From an uncultured virus (IMG/VR IMGVR_UViG_3300023174_000147) (taxonomy: Duplodnaviria; Heunggongvirae; Uroviricota; Caudoviricetes), in IMG/VR virus record IMGVR_UViG_3300023174_000147: a stretch of 20,000 nt of DNA; one strand, 5' to 3'. Of this stretch, positions 17,041-20,000 are shown piece after piece. The position numbers and the translations under genes were made by a program. The notes below the pieces were generated by a model. It was given only the letters and a program-made list of their open reading frames with translations, was not told the origin of the DNA and ran no database searches. The number at the start of each line of letters is the position of its first letter. The stretch's first letter is position 1.

Positions 17041-17063
17041 AGTAAATACTCCGGGAATAAAAA

Positions 17064-17963
17064 TTATTTTCTGTTATTTTTATTTATAACTATAGGCGGG
17101 AGTGACTTGTAATCCATTCTGTATTTAAGGCAAGAATCCTCTCCCGAAGGGGATTCTATTATCACGTCTATATCCAACCCAAAAGTTGGTATTCTCCTTT
17201 TTAGATACTCAGAAGGTTTTGGTGTAGCTGGTATTCCGCAGTCGTCACACTCTTGTGACTCTGAATGTATAAATACAGGTTTTTGTCCAGATTTCCATGT
17301 TGAACAGGACAAAAAAAGTGCTTCCCTTATTGTAAGACCACCGTCATTAAATTGGTGTGGTAGAAGCCTAAAACATATAGGAATACCTGATCTATAATAA
17401 ATCCCAGATAAAAGATCAGTAACTGAAAAAAGGCTGGGTTTATCGTCATTGAGTACGCAAAGTTTAACAACAACGTTATTATCCATCTCGGAGAGCCTTT
17501 CGCAAAAAAGATCCATAGTTTTTTTTCTGTTTCCATAAGCTGATCCTATTCTAACCATTATAGAAGGATAATTAATTCCGATAAGATCTAAAATAGCAGA
17601 AAGCCTAGTTATAAGAGATATAGTAGCGCTTTTAATATTTTCTAACTGGGTACCTAAAAAGTACTCTCTGTTTATGTATAAGAATATTCTTAAATCGTTT
17701 CTGGTTATTAAAGAGTTTATCTCGTCTATTATTGGAGATACGCTTGATTCCTCCTCTATTATCTCCTTAAAGAAATTTGGAGAAAATTTAAAATCGCATA
17801 CGTCTATGCAAGTAATTTTTATGTCAATATCAAGATTTAATTTTATATTATCGCCAATTACGCAAAGAAACTCCTCGTATGAATTTATATGTCTACCTGA
17901 ATCTATTAACTCCGAGTGAGGCCCTATATAAGATAATTTTGGTGGATTTTGTCCTAATATCAT
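17064..17963 (-). CDS. UV-damage endonuclease (UvdE/UvsE) homologue, apparently catalytically degenerate
   Basis: GSAYGNRKKTMDLF, LCVLNDDKPSLFSVTDL, GIPICF, STW...PVFIHSES, DVIIES follow the UvdE motif order, but several metal-ligand positions are substituted. Confidence 0.75.
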   Translation of the reverse strand: MILGQNPPKLSYIGPHSELIDSGRHINSYEEFLCVIGDNIKLNLDIDIKITCIDVCDFKFSPNFFKEIIEEESSVSPIIDEINSLITRNDLRIFLYINREYFLGTQLENIKSATISLITRLSAILDLIGINYPSIMVRIGSAYGNRKKTMDLFCERLSEMDNNVVVKLCVLNDDKPSLFSVTDLLSGIYYRSGIPICFRLLPHQFNDGGLTIREALFLSCSTWKSGQKPVFIHSESQECDDCGIPATPKPSEYLKRRIPTFGLDIDVIIESPSGEDSCLKYRMDYKSLPPIVINKNNRK

Positions 17964-18014
17964 TTAATCCCTTTTAGGATTGTACTGGAAAAAGGCATTT
18001 TAGTTTCCGATAAA

Positions 18015-18503
18015 TTAGCCTCCTGTAGTTTCTAGACCTAACTCAGAAGAATTGTAAACTGTTTTAGAATTATAGCTCTTATCTGTTATTTCGCTATTCT
18101 TGTATTTAGTTTTAGTAGCCATATTACCATGTTCTCCCCCCTCTGCAAATTTAACTGAGTTGGCTTTAACCTCTATGACTCTTTCTGTCTTTTTACCTTT
18201 ATTGTAAACCTGAATAAAGTATCTATATTCTATGTTATCTGGGGTTCTGAATGATCTAACTATAATACCAGTTACCTTGTCTTTAGAATCTAAAGGTTCA
18301 CCTATAATAACATCACCTAATTTATACTCGGAACCTTTTACATCGGTCTTCATATTAGGATCAGTCCCGACAGAAACTGATAAATCACTAAATGGCTTAT
18401 AGTTTATTTTTAGGATTCCGTTTGCTCCGCCGTAACCGTAGGTATCACCAAAAGCTCCGCTTTCTCCTCCAAAGTCCTCGTTTATTGATTTAATATGCTT
18501 CAT
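18015..18503 (-). CDS. Hypothetical protein with a capsid-targeting-like leader and a small SH3/KOW-like beta domain
   Basis: Likely start MKHIKSINEDF at 18503; Gly-rich N-region; YKLGDVIIG...VTGIIV...YFIQV; GATAAATA at 18509-18516. Confidence 0.6.
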   Translation of the reverse strand: MKHIKSINEDFGGESGAFGDTYGYGGANGILKINYKPFSDLSVSVGTDPNMKTDVKGSEYKLGDVIIGEPLDSKDKVTGIIVRSFRTPDNIEYRYFIQVYNKGKKTERVIEVKANSVKFAEGGEHGNMATKTKYKNSEITDKSYNSKTVYNSSELGLETTGG

Positions 18504-18507
18504 TATT

Positions 18508-19062
18508 CTATTTATCTTCAGTGGCATCGCCATTCTGAAGCGCTAGGATATCTTTTATTTTTGAAGCTAACTCAAAGTTCTCTGTATCGATAGCCTTTTT
18601 GAGCATTGTCTCTAGCCGGGTAACATCAGATTCATCTTTATTTATGTCGGTGTTACCTACTACGTGAATTCTTTGCGGTGAGTAAATAACTTCCAGGCTT
18701 GAGTCAAAATTTACATCTAATTCAACTTTTATGTCTTCCCCTATATGATCGTCAGCGTCTTCGCCATCGTCATCAATATTTATCTCTATCCATTCACCAT
18801 TAACCCAGAATATCATCCACGGGCCATAGAAAAGTTCAGCTATATCATTATCTATCGCATGTTTAAGCAAAGTTTTTAATTCCGATTTAACGTCATTTTT
18901 ACTTAAACCATCTGAAAATACCTTTCTTTTTATTCCTGGTATTACTGATGTTCCTTCTCCAACACCTATTTTAAAACATTTATTAACTTCAATAATAGAG
19001 TCCCAATCTAAGCTTGAAATAACCTTGTCTATTAGTTTGTTATTAGTTTTTTCTTTTTTCAT
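18508..19062 (-). CDS. Protein with a C-terminal UVR (UvrB/UvrC/McsA/ClpC) coiled-coil motif
   Basis: RLETMLKKAIDTENFELASKIKDIL matches L...A...E.FE.AA..RD; acidic central linker. Confidence 0.7.
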   Translation of the reverse strand: MKKEKTNNKLIDKVISSLDWDSIIEVNKCFKIGVGEGTSVIPGIKRKVFSDGLSKNDVKSELKTLLKHAIDNDIAELFYGPWMIFWVNGEWIEINIDDDGEDADDHIGEDIKVELDVNFDSSLEVIYSPQRIHVVGNTDINKDESDVTRLETMLKKAIDTENFELASKIKDILALQNGDATEDK

Positions 19063-19075
19063 GTCTTATGTATTT

Positions 19076-19495
19076 CTATTTTTGAAGTCCTGTCTGATCT
19101 GATATATCTGATATCCACAAAGAATATTTATCCGGATAGAATTTCTTAATTGTTTCTATGTCTCTCTTTGAGATCCTATATTTATCTCTTATAAAAGATT
19201 CAGTTAATTCAGATGTCTTAGCTTCTTCCGTCTTAGTAGTATCAGATTTTTTAGTCTTCGTGTAAAGCCAAATGGGCGGCTTTGAGAATCTTACAGAAAG
19301 AGTATCGTGCCACCAATCAACTACAGGAGCAGGTACCACTTTTAGCTTATTAAACTGATTTGCCTGAACGGGAAATTGTATAGACATTATTCTATTAATC
19401 ATAAAAAAATTTCTGGATTTATCTATTCTACCAACAGACTTCCATTCCTTTTGTTTATTGTTAAAGATAAGTTTTATTATATCAAATAATTGCAT
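19076..19495 (-). CDS. Putative clamp-loader small subunit (T4 gp62-like)
   Basis: LFDII...FFMINRIMS...ANQFN...W...K resembles the gp62 family pattern; size and replication-gene context fit. Confidence 0.5.
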   Translation of the reverse strand: MQLFDIIKLIFNNKQKEWKSVGRIDKSRNFFMINRIMSIQFPVQANQFNKLKVVPAPVVDWWHDTLSVRFSKPPIWLYTKTKKSDTTKTEEAKTSELTESFIRDKYRISKRDIETIKKFYPDKYSLWISDISDQTGLQK

Positions 19496-19502
19496 ACAAT
19501 TT

Positions 19503-20000
19503 TTATTTTAAAAAGTTTTCGAACGGGTCAAATCCCTTAGGCAGTGGTGTGGTAGTTATCCATTCAGTACCATCCAGTATTTTTATCCTATCCAACGTTA
19601 CTGATTTCTTTTCTAGCTTAATACCTCTGCTAGTTTCTATTTTACATGCGAAAGAAACCTTTTCTGGTATAACCGTATTGTCTAGCCACATAAGTTTTAG
19701 ATTGCGTAAAAAGTTATTTTTTACCTTTGCCCTATTCTCTGTACTGTCCACGCCTTTACCTATTTTAAGAATCAATGGCGATATCCAGTTTAGAAAATCA
19801 TCATCGGCAGCTAAAGATTTTATTGATAGATTTTTCCAGCTTGATTCCATTAGAAGATCGTAAATTTTCTCTGAACTCTTAGGTGTGAATCTTGAGGTTT
19901 TTCCTGCATTTTCGAATTCCCATACACTAGGTACAGAATCTCCTTTATCGCCTATTAATATCTTATTGAATATAAAAGGGAAGCTGTCTATCTCTTCGAT
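19503..20000 (-). CDS. rnh: Partial T4 RNase H / FEN-like 5'-3' exonuclease (C-terminal part; starts beyond the right edge)
   Basis: The frame of the 115-aa ORF stays open to base 20000: IEEIDSFPFIFNKILIGDKGDSVPSVWEF (H3TH motif KIL.GD.GD.VP), later NFLRNLKLMWLDNTVIPE. Confidence 0.8.
   Translation of the reverse strand: MEEIDSFPFIFNKILIGDKGDSVPSVWEFENAGKTSRFTPKSSEKIYDLLMESSWKNLSIKSLAADDDFLNWISPLILKIGKGVDSTENRAKVKNNFLRNLKLMWLDNTVIPEKVSFACKIETSRGIKLEKKSVTLDRIKILDGTEWITTTPLPKGFDPFENFLK

Noticed and set aside
2178..18533. Upstream starts given in the ORF track (2222, 4806, 5059, 16275, 18533)
   Set aside because: They overlap neighbouring genes, promoters or hairpins; downstream starts (2177, 4764, 5047, 16248, 18503) fit the motifs and spacing better.
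18777..19186. GATAAATA copies at 18777-18784, 19125-19132 and 19179-19186 as promoters
   Set aside because: They are intragenic in non-structural genes and plausible by chance in AT-rich DNA. The 19125 copy is about 63 nt before ATG 19062 and cannot be fully excluded.
204..19495. Stop-codon reassignment (TAG or TGA read-through) as in some large phages
   Set aside because: Genes are full length under code 11, and TAG ends several genes (204, 7206, 15439, 18508, 19076) at natural boundaries.
3209..19863. All plus-strand ORFs in the track (e.g. 3209..3595, 5176..5700, 12681..13112, 14124..14486, 19549..19863)
   Set aside because: They are antisense shadows of long minus-strand genes, with Ser/Phe/Leu-rich composition mirroring K/E codons and no recognisable motifs.
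1..20000. tRNA, rRNA or structured ncRNA genes
   Set aside because: Intergenic gaps are short (about 110 nt or less) and explained by promoters or terminators; no cloverleaf seen.

Overview
An AT-rich, densely coding window with every credible gene on the minus strand. It reads as part of a large T4-like (probably jumbo) myophage genome in standard genetic code; the host may be a Bacteroidota, which is inference only. In transcription order (right to left) it holds a replication/repair block (partial RNase H/FEN-type 5'-3' exonuclease, gp62-like clamp-loader subunit, UVR-motif protein, degenerate UvdE/UvsE homologue, DEDDy 3'-5' exonuclease), then a head module (Pol-beta-type nucleotidyltransferase, 882-aa protein, fused gp21 protease/scaffold with 13 x 14-aa repeats, gp23 major capsid protein). 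These are followed by a free-standing endonuclease-like gene, a cluster of coiled-coil putative internal head proteins, and a P-loop kinase plus AsnB-like amidotransferase pair. A recurring GATA(T/A)ATA element precedes most head-module genes and looks like the late promoter. One copy lies inside the protease gene, ahead of an in-frame Met, suggesting a nested, separately transcribed scaffold gene. Many proteins, including the nucleotidyltransferase, carry T4-like capsid-targeting/cleavage leaders (F-x-x-F/W ... [LIV]-x-E), suggesting a packaged and injected protein cargo. All product calls come from motif recognition by eye; no database searches were run.
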